Shown here: one piece after another, positions 39,733 through 48,454 of the stretch | How the letters are laid out: every line of letters starts with the position of its first letter | How positions within the stretch are numbered: the stretch's first letter is position 1 | Source of the DNA: Myxococcales bacterium | Lineage (GTDB): Bacteria; Myxococcota_A; Polyangia; Polyangiales; Houyiibacteriaceae | DNA length: 48,943 bases | Reading direction: 5' to 3' | Assembly (NCBI GenBank): GCA_050118395.1 | Contig: JASFKY010000001.1 | Coordinates: 1-48,943, forward strand | Program-made: the position numbers and the translations under genes | Notes under the pieces: generated by a model | The model's database searches: none | Told to the model about the DNA's origin: nothing | The model's input: only the letters and a program-made list of their open reading frames with translations

Positions 39733-40868
39733 CGGCGTAGCCTCCACACCGCGAGAGCTGCCAGCAGCAACCCAGCCATCCACAGCCCCTCACCCGGCTC
39801 ACCGTTGGGCAGGACCATGGGGGAGGCCGAGCAGCCGGAGCAATCACCCGTCGTTTCGCAGAATCCCCCCACCTCTGCGTAAGTGACGGGTACCGGACTC
39901 GAAAGCTCGCTCAAGTTGGCTTGTGCTTGCACGTTGTCTACGGACACAAACGCCTGATCATAGGCGGCCACGTACACGAAGGCCGACTCGCCGACCGTAA
40001 GCCCTAGGTCGTTCACCGCCGAAATCGTCTGGCTAAAGTCGCTCAAGCCGGCGGTGATGCCCAGGGGCTCGGCATTGGCCGGATCGGGGGTAGCGCCGTA
40101 CGAAGCATAGACGCTCCACTGCTGAATCAGATCTGGCGGATCGGGGTTGGCCCAGGTGATGTTGAAGTTCGTTTGGAGCTGGGGTGTGGTGTTGACGTTG
40201 GGCGGAGCAGGTGGTTCGACGTCCACATAGAACGGTGCGATTCCGTAGTTGCTGGCGTCGACGTCACCGCCACCCGGCGCCGTGTTTCGAAACGCGTAAA
40301 TCTCGTAGGGTGTGCCTTTGAGGCCTGAGGAGTCGCAGGTTACGATCGAGTTGCTGCCTGCCTGCGCATTCAAGAGGTCCTGCAGGGTCAAGCCGCTCAC
40401 CAAGAAGTTGCTACCCACCACGTACGGATTACCCGCGAGTTCCGCGCACGGCGCGTTGGTTTGATTTCGATTTTGCAGGAGTTGGCACTGCGCACCCTGT
40501 CCGCCGACCCAGAGGAACACCTGGCTAATCGCACCGCCCGAGTTGTCCAAGCGGATCTGGAACGTGGTTTCCTCAGGGCTGCCCTTGGGTGACGCGAACG
40601 CCAGGCTGCCTCCGGCGCCGCCCGTGCCTCCGGCCCCTGCAGTGCCCCCCGCGCCACCCGCACCGCCGGTCCCCCCGGTGGCGGTCGTCTCCCCTTGCTG
40701 CGGAAGCCCGCAATCCAGCCGGTTGAAGTAGCGGAACTGGGTGTTGCTTTGGAAGCCGTTGTCGCCGTTGATCTCGCTGATGAGATCCGTGAGCTGGGCC
40801 GAGGCGGTGAGCGGAAACGCCCCCAGCACGCAAGCGACCAGCGAAAGAAGGGTCCGACGAAACTGCAT
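39729..40868 (-). CDS. Secreted protein with Gly-rich insert, FN3-like region and MYXO-CTERM-type C-terminal sorting tag
   Basis: The ATG at 40868 gives the signal peptide MQFRRTLLSLVACVLGAFPLTASA. The poly-Gly stretch is TGGTGGAGGAGGTAGAGGTGGAGG. The C-terminus is GDCSGCSASP...GLWMAGLLLAALAVWRLRR: a Cys motif, then a TM helix, then an Arg cluster. Confidence 0.7.
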   Translation of the reverse strand: MQFRRTLLSLVACVLGAFPLTASAQLTDLISEINGDNGFQSNTQFRYFNRLDCGLPQQGETTATGGTGGAGGAGGTAGAGGTGGAGGSLAFASPKGSPEETTFQIRLDNSGGAISQVFLWVGGQGAQCQLLQNRNQTNAPCAELAGNPYVVGSNFLVSGLTLQDLLNAQAGSNSIVTCDSSGLKGTPYEIYAFRNTAPGGGDVDASNYGIAPFYVDVEPPAPPNVNTTPQLQTNFNITWANPDPPDLIQQWSVYASYGATPDPANAEPLGITAGLSDFSQTISAVNDLGLTVGESAFVYVAAYDQAFVSVDNVQAQANLSELSSPVPVTYAEVGGFCETTGDCSGCSASPMVLPNGEPGEGLWMAGLLLAALAVWRLRR

Positions 40869-40992
40869 GCGTCGCTTGCCGTGCAATCCCCGGGCCAAGT
40901 TGGGCTCCGGAAAACCCTCGTGGTTTCGGTATATGAGCGGACAAACTGGCATGATTTGCCCCTCTTCTACGCCAAGTGCTGACATTTCGTCA

Positions 40993-42000
40993 CTATAACA
41001 GAACGCGCTCGGCGATCTGGATGGCGTTCAGGGCCGCGCCCTTTCGGAGATTGTCCGAGACGACCCACATCTGGATGCCCCCCGGATGTCCGATGTCTTC
41101 GCGGATCCGGCCCACGTAGACCGGGTCGCGCCCCGCGGCGTCGATGGGCTGGGGGTAGATGCCATGGGCGAAATCATCGACGACCTGCACGCCTTCGGCC
41201 TGACTGAGCAGCTCCCGGGCCCGGGCCGCCGTGAGCGGCTTGTGCATCTCGACGGTGATCGACTCGCTGTGAGCCGTCACCACGGGGACGCGTACCGCCG
41301 TCGGCGAGACCGCAATGGAGGGATCGCCAAAAATCTTGCGGGTCTCCGAGATCATCTTGAGCTCTTCCTCTTGGTAGCCCGACTCGGGATCGGGCTTCCA
41401 ATGCATGAGAAGATTGCGGCTCAACTGACCGGAAAGCTTTTGCTTGTCGACTTGCGCACCGCGCACGGTCGCGGCCTCTTGCGCCTCGAAGGCCGCCACG
41501 GCCTGGGCGCCAGCGCCGCTGATCGCCTGATACGTGGAGACGATGACGCGCTTGAGGCGGGCTTCGTCGTGGAGTGGTTTGAGCGCCACGACCATTTGAA
41601 TGGTCGAGCAGTTGGGGTTGGCGATGATGCCCTTCGGGCGATCGGCTGCTGCGTCGGCATTGACCTCGGGGACGACCAAGGGAACTTCGGGATCGGCCCG
41701 GAACGCCGAGGAGTTGTCGACCACGATGGCCCCCTTGCTGACGGCCACCGGAGACCACTGCTTGGAGGTGCCGCCCCCGGCCGAGAAGAGAGCCAAGTCA
41801 CAGCCCTCGAATGCCTCGGGCGAAATCTCGACCACCGTGTGTGCGGTTCCACGGAACATGACTGTCTTGCCGGCGCTTCGAGCCGATGCCACCGGCACCA
41901 GCTCTCGCACCGGAAATGCGCGCTGCTCGAGCACGCGCAGCATCTCCGCACCCACCATTCCAGTGGCGCCGGCCACCGCAACCTTGAGTCCCTGAGCCAT
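40993..42000 (-). CDS. asd: Aspartate-semialdehyde dehydrogenase
   Basis: KVAVAGATGMVG, IIANPNCSTIQM (active-site Cys) and SGAG motifs. Confidence 0.95.
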   Translation of the reverse strand: MAQGLKVAVAGATGMVGAEMLRVLEQRAFPVRELVPVASARSAGKTVMFRGTAHTVVEISPEAFEGCDLALFSAGGGTSKQWSPVAVSKGAIVVDNSSAFRADPEVPLVVPEVNADAAADRPKGIIANPNCSTIQMVVALKPLHDEARLKRVIVSTYQAISGAGAQAVAAFEAQEAATVRGAQVDKQKLSGQLSRNLLMHWKPDPESGYQEEELKMISETRKIFGDPSIAVSPTAVRVPVVTAHSESITVEMHKPLTAARARELLSQAEGVQVVDDFAHGIYPQPIDAAGRDPVYVGRIREDIGHPGGIQMWVVSDNLRKGAALNAIQIAERVLL

Positions 42001-42085
42001 GGTGTTTGGCTATAGGTTAGCGTCGCGGACACGGCAAGGTGGCTCCTCTTCCAGTCCCGTATCATGCCTCTGGTAAGGAGCCTTC

Positions 42086-43573
42086 ATGAGCATTCATCGA
42101 GTTACGGTCGGAATCGGCGTCGCCTTCGTCATCTCCTCCCTGTCCACGCTCCACACTCAAGCGCAGGCGCCGCCGGGATTCGGTGTCCCCACGGACATGC
42201 AATCATCGACGGGTCAAGATGCAGCGGACAAAGCGCTCCGTTCGCTTTACGTGCCGGAGGGGTTGACGTCGGACGCGGCCGTCGAGCGGGTCCTCGCCAT
42301 CTCGCCGGATATCCGTCGGACCACGGCCCTTTTGTTGGTGGCCAAGGGCGCTGCGCTGCAAGCGATGGCGGGACTCGTCCCTCGCCTCGAGCTCCTCGGA
42401 CGTTACTCGCAGCTAAGCCCCGTGCAGACCGCGGGCATCACCACCGGCAGCAACGTCCCCGTCGATACACTGATCTCGCAGCTCCAGGACCCCATCGCGC
42501 AGCAACTCTGGACCGGCCTCACGAGCTACAAGTTCCCATCGCTCACGCGGCAAACCGCCACCGATGCCACCCTGAGCTATTCGTTCACCGGCTCGTTGGC
42601 GCAGTCGCTCCCCGCGTATCGGGCTGCCAAAGACAACAAGCGAGCGGCCAATTATCAGATCGAAGCCCAAAACAACAACGTCGCGCTCGACGGACGCCAG
42701 GCCTATTACGAGTACGCTCGTGCCGAAGCCGGGCTGGCGGTGGCCAAGTTTCAGCTCGACGCAGCGGTTTCGCAGCGGACAGAGACGGCAGCTTTGGTCA
42801 ATGCAGGCTCGGCCGCCAGGGTCGACCTGCTTCGCGTGCAGGCACAAGAAGAAGCGGCGCGGGTGGCAGTCGAACAGGCCAACCTCAGCTTGCAGGTCGC
42901 CAAGCGGGCGCTTCAAGCGTTGATGCTCTCCGACGAGCTTCCCTCCCTCGGCGAAGATCTCTCTCGGCCCGTCGCGGGGATTCCCCAGGGCAGCCAAGAG
43001 GAGCTTCAAGACCAGGCCTACCAGAATCGGCCCGATCTCCTCGCCCTGCGCACGTACGTGGAAGCCAAGCAACACCAGCTCAAATCGGCCAATGGCGGGC
43101 GATTGCCCGACATTTTGGTCCGTGCCTCGGCCGAGTATTCCAATCCAAACCTCCGCGTCATTCCGCAACAGCAACGCTTCATCGGCACCTGGGAGGTGGG
43201 AGCCGTCGTTCGCTGGTCTCCCAACGACACGATCAGCGCGCAGGGACGGTCGCGGCAGATCCAGGCGGAGCTCGAGCAAGCCTACGCCGATGTGACCAAG
43301 CTCGAGCAGCAGATCCAAGTCGACGTCGCGCAGGGCTATCACGGGATCGAGGCGGCGCAAAAGGCCATGGAGTCGGCGCGGCTCGGGCTGGAGTCGGCGC
43401 GAGAGGGCTATCGGGTCACCCGCGAGCAGCTCCAAGCCGGCATCGTCAACACGACGACTCTGCTGCAGGCGCAATCCGAGCTCATTCGCGCCCAGGTCGA
43501 CGTGGTCGATTCGGCGATCGGTCTCCGACTGGCCAAGGCCAAGCTCCTTTACGCCATCGGGGAGATGCCCTGA
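42086..43573 (+). CDS. TolC-family outer membrane efflux protein
   Basis: ATG preceded by AAGGAG. The signal peptide is IGVAFVISSLSTLHTQAQA. It has two long coiled-coil repeat halves with TolC-like motifs (AAKDNKRAANYQIEAQ..., LESAREGYRVTREQLQAGIVNTTTLLQAQSEL). Confidence 0.82.
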   Translation: MSIHRVTVGIGVAFVISSLSTLHTQAQAPPGFGVPTDMQSSTGQDAADKALRSLYVPEGLTSDAAVERVLAISPDIRRTTALLLVAKGAALQAMAGLVPRLELLGRYSQLSPVQTAGITTGSNVPVDTLISQLQDPIAQQLWTGLTSYKFPSLTRQTATDATLSYSFTGSLAQSLPAYRAAKDNKRAANYQIEAQNNNVALDGRQAYYEYARAEAGLAVAKFQLDAAVSQRTETAALVNAGSAARVDLLRVQAQEEAARVAVEQANLSLQVAKRALQALMLSDELPSLGEDLSRPVAGIPQGSQEELQDQAYQNRPDLLALRTYVEAKQHQLKSANGGRLPDILVRASAEYSNPNLRVIPQQQRFIGTWEVGAVVRWSPNDTISAQGRSRQIQAELEQAYADVTKLEQQIQVDVAQGYHGIEAAQKAMESARLGLESAREGYRVTREQLQAGIVNTTTLLQAQSELIRAQVDVVDSAIGLRLAKAKLLYAIGEMP

Positions 43574-43574
43574 G

Positions 43575-43976
43575 GTGCCCATCATCGTTGCAGCGGCGGT
43601 GCTGGTCGAGGATGGCCGGGTGCTTCTCACCCAGCGCCACGAACACCAGCATCTGGGAGGCTTGTGGGAGTTTCCGGGAGGCAAGCTAGAAAAGGGTGAG
43701 TCACCCGAGGAAGCGCTCGTTCGGGAATGCCGCGAGGAGTGCGGGATCGAGGTGACCGTGGCCGAGGTGCTCGAGGTAACGCACCATCGATATCCCGAAA
43801 AAGAGGTGCTGCTGCTTTTCTACCGCTGCGAACTTCGCGAGGGGGAGGTGCGCCATTTGCAGGTCGCCGACCATGCTTGGGTGGCTCCCGCGGAGCTCGG
43901 TCGGTATCCCCTCCCAGCCGCGGACGCGCGCGTCGTCGAGCGGATTCAACGACTGCTGGGCGACGACCAGGCTTAG
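43575..43976 (+). CDS. mutT: NUDIX hydrolase, MutT-like (8-oxo-dGTP diphosphatase family)
   Basis: The Nudix box is GLWEFPGGKLEKGESPEEALVRECREECGIEV. GTG start lies 2 nt after the tolC-like stop. Confidence 0.82.
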   Translation: MPIIVAAAVLVEDGRVLLTQRHEHQHLGGLWEFPGGKLEKGESPEEALVRECREECGIEVTVAEVLEVTHHRYPEKEVLLLFYRCELREGEVRHLQVADHAWVAPAELGRYPLPAADARVVERIQRLLGDDQA

Positions 43977-44491
43977 CGAGTCGGGGCGCCTTCGAGGATG
44001 ATTCGATGGACCAGGCTTCCTTCTTCGGCCGGCAGCGAGACCGGCTCTGCGAGGATGAGGATGCTCGCTCCCGTGGCGTGTGCGTCGTAGCGATAGAGCA
44101 TGCCCTTGGGAACCTGCTGCGGAGGTCCAAAGGCAGCGCTGAGCTGACCGATGGTAGGCTTGGCTTCGACCAGGTCGAAGGTGATTTGGGTCACGTGATT
44201 AGCGGGTGTGGTGAGCGTGGCACGATACCCGTCGTACTTCATCAGTGTTTGGCTCTTGGTACGAGCTCTGATCGCACCTTCCATCTTGGCCGCGACGAAA
44301 TCGATCGTCGGCCCTGGCTCGGCGAGGGCGCGCGCCGCCTCGCGTACCCGATCGATGCAAGCAGCGTCGCCAATGGCGATCGACTCCGCTGAGTCACCAT
44401 CTTCGCCGCCCGGTCCGGCGCCGCGCGAGCACGCAGCGCACCCGAGCAAGGTCACCAACCACAAGAGTTTGAGGGGAGGGTGCTTCGACAC
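43973..44491 (-). CDS. Hypothetical lipoprotein
   Basis: GTG start with lipobox LLWLVTLLGCAAC. No family recognised. Its stop overlaps the stop of the convergent NUDIX gene. Confidence 0.5.
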   Translation of the reverse strand: MSKHPPLKLLWLVTLLGCAACSRGAGPGGEDGDSAESIAIGDAACIDRVREAARALAEPGPTIDFVAAKMEGAIRARTKSQTLMKYDGYRATLTTPANHVTQITFDLVEAKPTIGQLSAAFGPPQQVPKGMLYRYDAHATGASILILAEPVSLPAEEGSLVHRIILEGAPTR

Positions 44492-44554
44492 GACCGATCC
44501 AGGCTCCGAGTTTGTACCCCGAAACCCCTCGACATCCCAAAAAGAGCGCGGCTG

Positions 44555-45118
44555 CTAGCTTCGAGCCAACGCATCGGTGACGCGGGCCGTGCTTCCCGTG
44601 CGGATGCAAACCGCGAAAGGATCGCGCGGCGAACCGACTCGTTCGAGCTCCGGTGCGCCGCCGAACAAAGCAGCGGCCGTCCGTTCCAACACCGGCGCGT
44701 ACGTTTCGTAGGTCGCATCCTCGTTTGGAGCGCGCAAACGATCCTGCACGCGGAAGAAGACCTCGTTCGTGGCGAATTCGAAGCCGAGCCCGGGCTCGTC
44801 TTCCAAGAGCCGACATGCGCGAAGCGCTCTGCGAAACGCATCGTCGATGCCTGCTTCGAGGCCCCCCTCGAAGCCGCGCTTGCGGCTGTAGAGAAGCCCC
44901 GGACGGTTGTCGGCGACGTCGAGGTAATAGTCCGATTGATGGCCGATCAGCACCACGCCGGGGCCTTGCGGCACGTGCGCGTAATCGGCCACGTCGATGA
45001 GCAGCTCATCCGGAATCTTCTTCTTTCGAATCCACTCGTGGAAAACCGGGATCAGCGTTTCGAGCTCGATGTCACCGGCCTTGGTGTAGAGCTTCACCTG
45101 AAATTTACTGGCGTGCAT
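44555..45118 (-). CDS. Hypothetical protein (187 aa) co-oriented 10 nt downstream of the sulfite/nitrite reductase gene
   Basis: ATG start with GC3-biased codons. Sequence MHASKFQVKLYTKAGDIELETLIPVFHEWIRKKKIPDELLIDVADY.... No family recognised. Confidence 0.5.
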   Translation of the reverse strand: MHASKFQVKLYTKAGDIELETLIPVFHEWIRKKKIPDELLIDVADYAHVPQGPGVVLIGHQSDYYLDVADNRPGLLYSRKRGFEGGLEAGIDDAFRRALRACRLLEDEPGLGFEFATNEVFFRVQDRLRAPNEDATYETYAPVLERTAAALFGGAPELERVGSPRDPFAVCIRTGSTARVTDALARS

Positions 45119-45128
45119 GTGGCCTTGT

Positions 45129-47378
45129 TCACTCTGCCGCGGCGGCGGCCGTGGACTTTTCGGTCAGACGCTGATAGCACGCGTGCGCTGCTTCGATGAA
45201 CAGCTGTGCCTCGTCCAGAGTGCGGTGCGCGATTTCCGGATCGTCGCTTTCATGGGATTTGTCGCCGTGCATTTGAAGCAAGTAGTTCGCGAACTTGCCG
45301 CGCGCGAAAGGATCGTGGAACAGCTCGGTATCGTGTAGGTGTTTCTTGAAGTTGGCAACCACGTCGTCGGCGTCGTCTTTGACCTGCACTTCGAGGTGCC
45401 GGACCAGCGCTTTGGCCGCAGTCACCATGGCGTTGAAGCCGCCGGCCGCTGCCGCTGCAGCCTGACCCGCATCGAGGGCGTCTTGCGCATCGTGAAGCTG
45501 TTGCTCCGCCTCCTGAAGGCCGAACTCGACGAAGGGCACGATTTCACCGGCGCACTCGCCCACGCCGATGTCGCCGATGGTGTATTCGCGGGGGTCGCCC
45601 CAGTCGCTGTAATAGCTCGGGTCTTGCTCATAGGCGGGCGGCTTCTGAATGGGCGCAAGCACTTTGCGAAAGTCCTTCTTGCCCACCCGCGCGATGAACG
45701 CTTGGAAGGTTTCGTCACCCTCGCGGTGCTCGAGGTAGTGCTTGGTGATGAGCTCTACGGCCTTCGGAATGTTCTTGGAGGGCACCGCGCCCACCACCAA
45801 GCCGTAACTCTTGGCATTTTCGGTCCATTGGCCGCCGAGCACGACGTTGAAATGCGGCACCTTGCGGCCGCCGACTTGGCGGCTGACGCCGGTGAAACCG
45901 ATGTCGGCCACGTGGTGTTGACCGCACGAGTTGAAGCAGCCGCTGGCCTTCATACGAAGAGCCTGCACGGCCGGGTCGAGCTGGTCTTCGATGAGCGAAA
46001 GCCGCTTGCGAAGCTCGCCGGTCAGGCCGCGCGATGACGAGATGCCCAGCTTGCAAGTGTCGGTGCCGGGGCACGAGGTCATGTCGGTGATGGTGCCGGC
46101 GCCGGCGTCGGCGAGGTGGAGGGCTTCGAGGCGCTCGTAGAATGCCACCGCATCCGCACCGCTCAGCCAACGAAAGGCGAGGTTTTGCTCGACGGTGCAC
46201 CGGATCGAATCGCCGGTATACTGGCGCGCCAAACCCGCCAGTGCGCGTCCCTGTGCCGAGGTGAAGTCACCGAGCGGCATCTTCACGACGGCCACGTAGT
46301 AGCCGTCTTGCGCCTGAGGTTTGAGATTGTGCTTGGCCCACGCCTGGAAGCGAGCAGGGGCGTCGGAGGGAATCGGCCCCGCAGCGCGCGCGGGCTTTTC
46401 ATCGGTTGCGTGCAGGTCGGCAAGAAATGCCGTCCAGCGCTCGTCATGGCGAAGGCCTTCGCGCTCTTCGGCGACCAGGCGCTTGAATTCGTCCATGCCG
46501 AGCTTCTGTACCAGGAACTTGATGCGCGCGCGGGCCCGGCTCTGTTTTTCGCCTAGGCGGGCAAACACGCGTGACACGGCTTGCGCCAGCGGAAGCAGCT
46601 CTTCCTCGGGGCAGAACTCCGCGAGCACCTTGGCCTGCACCGGCACGGCGCCAAGCCCTCCACCGACCACGACGCGGAAGCCTCGTTTGCCATCTCGGAC
46701 TCGAGCCACCGCGCCGAGGTCGTGGAAGGTTACCAAACCGCAAGGATTGTCTTCGCAGCCCGAAAATGCGATCTTGAATTTGCGGCCGAAATCTTGAACG
46801 TCGGGATGCCCGAGCAGGAACTGCACCATCGCGTTGGCGTAAGGTGTCACGTCGAACGACTGCGTGTTGCACACGCCTGCGTACTCACACGCAGTTACGT
46901 TGCGGACGCTGTTGCCGCATGCTTCGCGGGTGGTGATCCCGACGGCCGCCAGACGGCGCATCATGTCGGGCGTATCTTCGATGTGAACGAAGTGAAGCTG
47001 GATGTCTTGCCGCGTCGTGACGTGCAGAATCGAGTCCGAGTATTCCTCGGCGAGCGCGCTCAGCACGTCGAGCTGCTCCGCAGTGAGCTTGCCGAACGGA
47101 ATCTTGATCCGCATCATGCCCGGCGCGTCCCAGACGGTGTCGGGCCCCTTGGTGAGATCTCCGCAGGGGAAGGCGAGGGGCTTTTGCCCCGTGCCGTCGT
47201 CGCGAAGCCCGTTGTCGTAGCGCTGCCCGTAGACGCCGCGGCGAAGACGGGTCTCGGCAAAGATCTTGTCCTCGATCTTTCCCTGCTTTTTGAGCTCGAT
47301 TTGGCCTTCGAAGAGATCGACTTCGGTGCCGAGTTGCTCCGGGATGCGATCGCTGAGCTGTTCTTTCCACGAGATCAT
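45129..47378 (-). CDS. Siroheme/[4Fe-4S] nitrite/sulfite reductase (ferredoxin-type, monomeric two-repeat architecture) with an extra C-terminal helical region
   Basis: Cluster/siroheme Cys motifs are TSCPGTDTCKLG and ASGCFNSCGQHH, with TTRQDIQLH and ACGNSVRNVTAC in the first half. AGGAG RBS. About 150 aa extend beyond the usual end of the family. Confidence 0.88.
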   Translation of the reverse strand: MISWKEQLSDRIPEQLGTEVDLFEGQIELKKQGKIEDKIFAETRLRRGVYGQRYDNGLRDDGTGQKPLAFPCGDLTKGPDTVWDAPGMMRIKIPFGKLTAEQLDVLSALAEEYSDSILHVTTRQDIQLHFVHIEDTPDMMRRLAAVGITTREACGNSVRNVTACEYAGVCNTQSFDVTPYANAMVQFLLGHPDVQDFGRKFKIAFSGCEDNPCGLVTFHDLGAVARVRDGKRGFRVVVGGGLGAVPVQAKVLAEFCPEEELLPLAQAVSRVFARLGEKQSRARARIKFLVQKLGMDEFKRLVAEEREGLRHDERWTAFLADLHATDEKPARAAGPIPSDAPARFQAWAKHNLKPQAQDGYYVAVVKMPLGDFTSAQGRALAGLARQYTGDSIRCTVEQNLAFRWLSGADAVAFYERLEALHLADAGAGTITDMTSCPGTDTCKLGISSSRGLTGELRKRLSLIEDQLDPAVQALRMKASGCFNSCGQHHVADIGFTGVSRQVGGRKVPHFNVVLGGQWTENAKSYGLVVGAVPSKNIPKAVELITKHYLEHREGDETFQAFIARVGKKDFRKVLAPIQKPPAYEQDPSYYSDWGDPREYTIGDIGVGECAGEIVPFVEFGLQEAEQQLHDAQDALDAGQAAAAAAGGFNAMVTAAKALVRHLEVQVKDDADDVVANFKKHLHDTELFHDPFARGKFANYLLQMHGDKSHESDDPEIAHRTLDEAQLFIEAAHACYQRLTEKSTAAAAAE

Positions 47379-47428
47379 GGTGCTCCTGTGCCTCCGCGCT
47401 GCGGCCTGGCGGTTGCTTGCAAGCCCTG

Positions 47429-47456
47429 ACTATTCCGTAGTTTTCCGGCAGGTCAA
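47429..47456 (-). promoter_or_regulatory. Candidate sigma-70-type promoter for the sulfite/nitrite reductase operon
   Basis: On the minus strand: TTGACC (47456-47451), a 16-nt spacer, then AATAGT (47434-47429), ~50 nt upstream of the ATG. It lies inside an AT-rich intergenic region. Confidence 0.35.
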
Positions 47457-47557
47457 GTCAACAATCGTAAAATTGTGATGCTTATTCCCGTTAAAGCAAT
47501 AAAATCAACGCAATTTACTTGACTTAAAAAGTAAAGATACTGACGGTTAGGCCGTGC

Positions 47558-47585
47558 TTGCTGCCGGAGACGTTGTCGCTATAGT
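47558..47585 (+). promoter_or_regulatory. Candidate promoter for the tRNA-Gln/tRNA-Glu pair
   Basis: TTGCTG (47558-47563), a 16-nt spacer, then TATAGT (47580-47585), ~40 nt upstream of tRNA-Gln. An AT-rich stretch lies upstream (a possible UP element). Confidence 0.3.
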
Positions 47586-47625
47586 GCCGCCGCTCGGTGC
47601 GCCGCGTTACGGTGTCGGGCACCAT

Positions 47626-47699
47626 TCGGGGATCGTCTAATGGTAGGACTCGAGATTCTGGTTCTCGCTATCTAGGTTCGAATCCTAGTCCCCGAGCCA
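47626..47699 (+). tRNA. tRNA-Gln (anticodon CTG), CCA encoded
   Basis: Folded by hand. Acceptor stem is TCGGGGA/TCCCCGA, D stem GTCT/GGAC, anticodon stem CGAGA/TCTCG with loop TTCTGGT, and T arm CTAGG-TTCGAAT-CCTAG. The discriminator is G, followed by CCA. Confidence 0.9.
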
Positions 47700-47777
47700 T
47701 ACTGCCCTCGATTCCCAGGATTACGGATGCGGGGCAGGCAGGACAGTGTTAAACACGCCCACGCAAAAGTGATTCAC

Positions 47778-47850
47778 GGCCCCATCGTCTAGTGGTCTAG
47801 GACATCGGCCTCTCACGCCGGTAACGCGAGTTCGAACCTCGCTGGGGTCA
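47778..47850 (+). tRNA. tRNA-Glu (anticodon CTC), CCA not encoded
   Basis: Folded by hand. Acceptor stem is GGCCCCA/TGGGGTC, anticodon stem TCGGC/GCCGG with loop CTCTCAC, and T arm GCGAG-TTCGAAC-CTCGC. The discriminator is A. Confidence 0.9.
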
Positions 47851-47857
47851 CCGGAAA

Positions 47858-47899
47858 AACAAGGGATCGCGTCGGTCGGCGCGGTCCCTTGTTAGTTTA
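47858..47899 (+). terminator. Intrinsic-terminator-like hairpin after tRNA-Glu
   Basis: aacaagggatcgcg (47858-47871) pairs with cgcggtcccttgtt (47880-47893), 14 bp with one G-U. The loop is 8 nt and the hairpin is followed by agtttat. Confidence 0.6.
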
Positions 47900-48452
47900 T
47901 GGCACCCTCGTGTCAGTGGATTGCATCGTGACCTGCCGGCACCTGAACGGTTGCAAAGCGGTCCGGGAGGTCGAGCACGAGCGGCGCGGAGCTTCTTGCC
48001 GGGTCGAGGTGCGAGATGTCAGCGACGGGGCCGTCGTTAAGCTCGCCACGGAGCGCAAGCACTTGATCAACCTCCTCAAGATGGTGGCATACCAGGCCGA
48101 GAGCGACCTCCTCGCGCTGCTGCGCCCCCACTACGCCCGCGCCGACCAGGAGGGCCGGACGCTGCTCCACGAGCTGTTCGCCGCGCCCGGTGGCATTCGC
48201 GTTTCCGACAGCGAGCTGCACATCACGTTGGCTCCCCTCAGCTCGCCGGATCGAACGCGCGCCGTCGAGGCCCTGTGCGACCTCCTCGATCAAACGGCGA
48301 CCACCTTCCCCGGCACTCGCCTCCGGGTGCGCTTCGCTGTGCGCCCGCGCCCACGCGTCGGGCTCGCCGCTGGAGCGCAGCGCCTCCGGACAGCCGGCTC
48401 CTCGCCCGCCGAAAGCGGACACTTTGGGGCTACCCTAGGTCAGGAGGTCTGA
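47889..48452 (+). pseudogene. Probable 5'-truncated remnant of a transposase-like gene (C-terminal portion only)
   Basis: There is no ATG; the frame opens at a TTG inside the tRNA terminator. The segment KHLINLLKMVAYQAESDLLALLRP...LHITLAPLSSPDRTRAVEALCDLLDQTATTFPGTRLRVRF resembles, from memory, the conserved C-terminal tail of a family annotated as putative transposases. The family was not pinned down. Confidence 0.35.
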
Positions 48453-48454
48453 GC

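Noticed and set aside
47700-47777. Spacer between tRNA-Gln and tRNA-Glu as a third tRNA or an ncRNA
   Set aside because: I could not fold it into a cloverleaf. It has only a short ctgccc/gggcag stem, so it is most simply a processed spacer.
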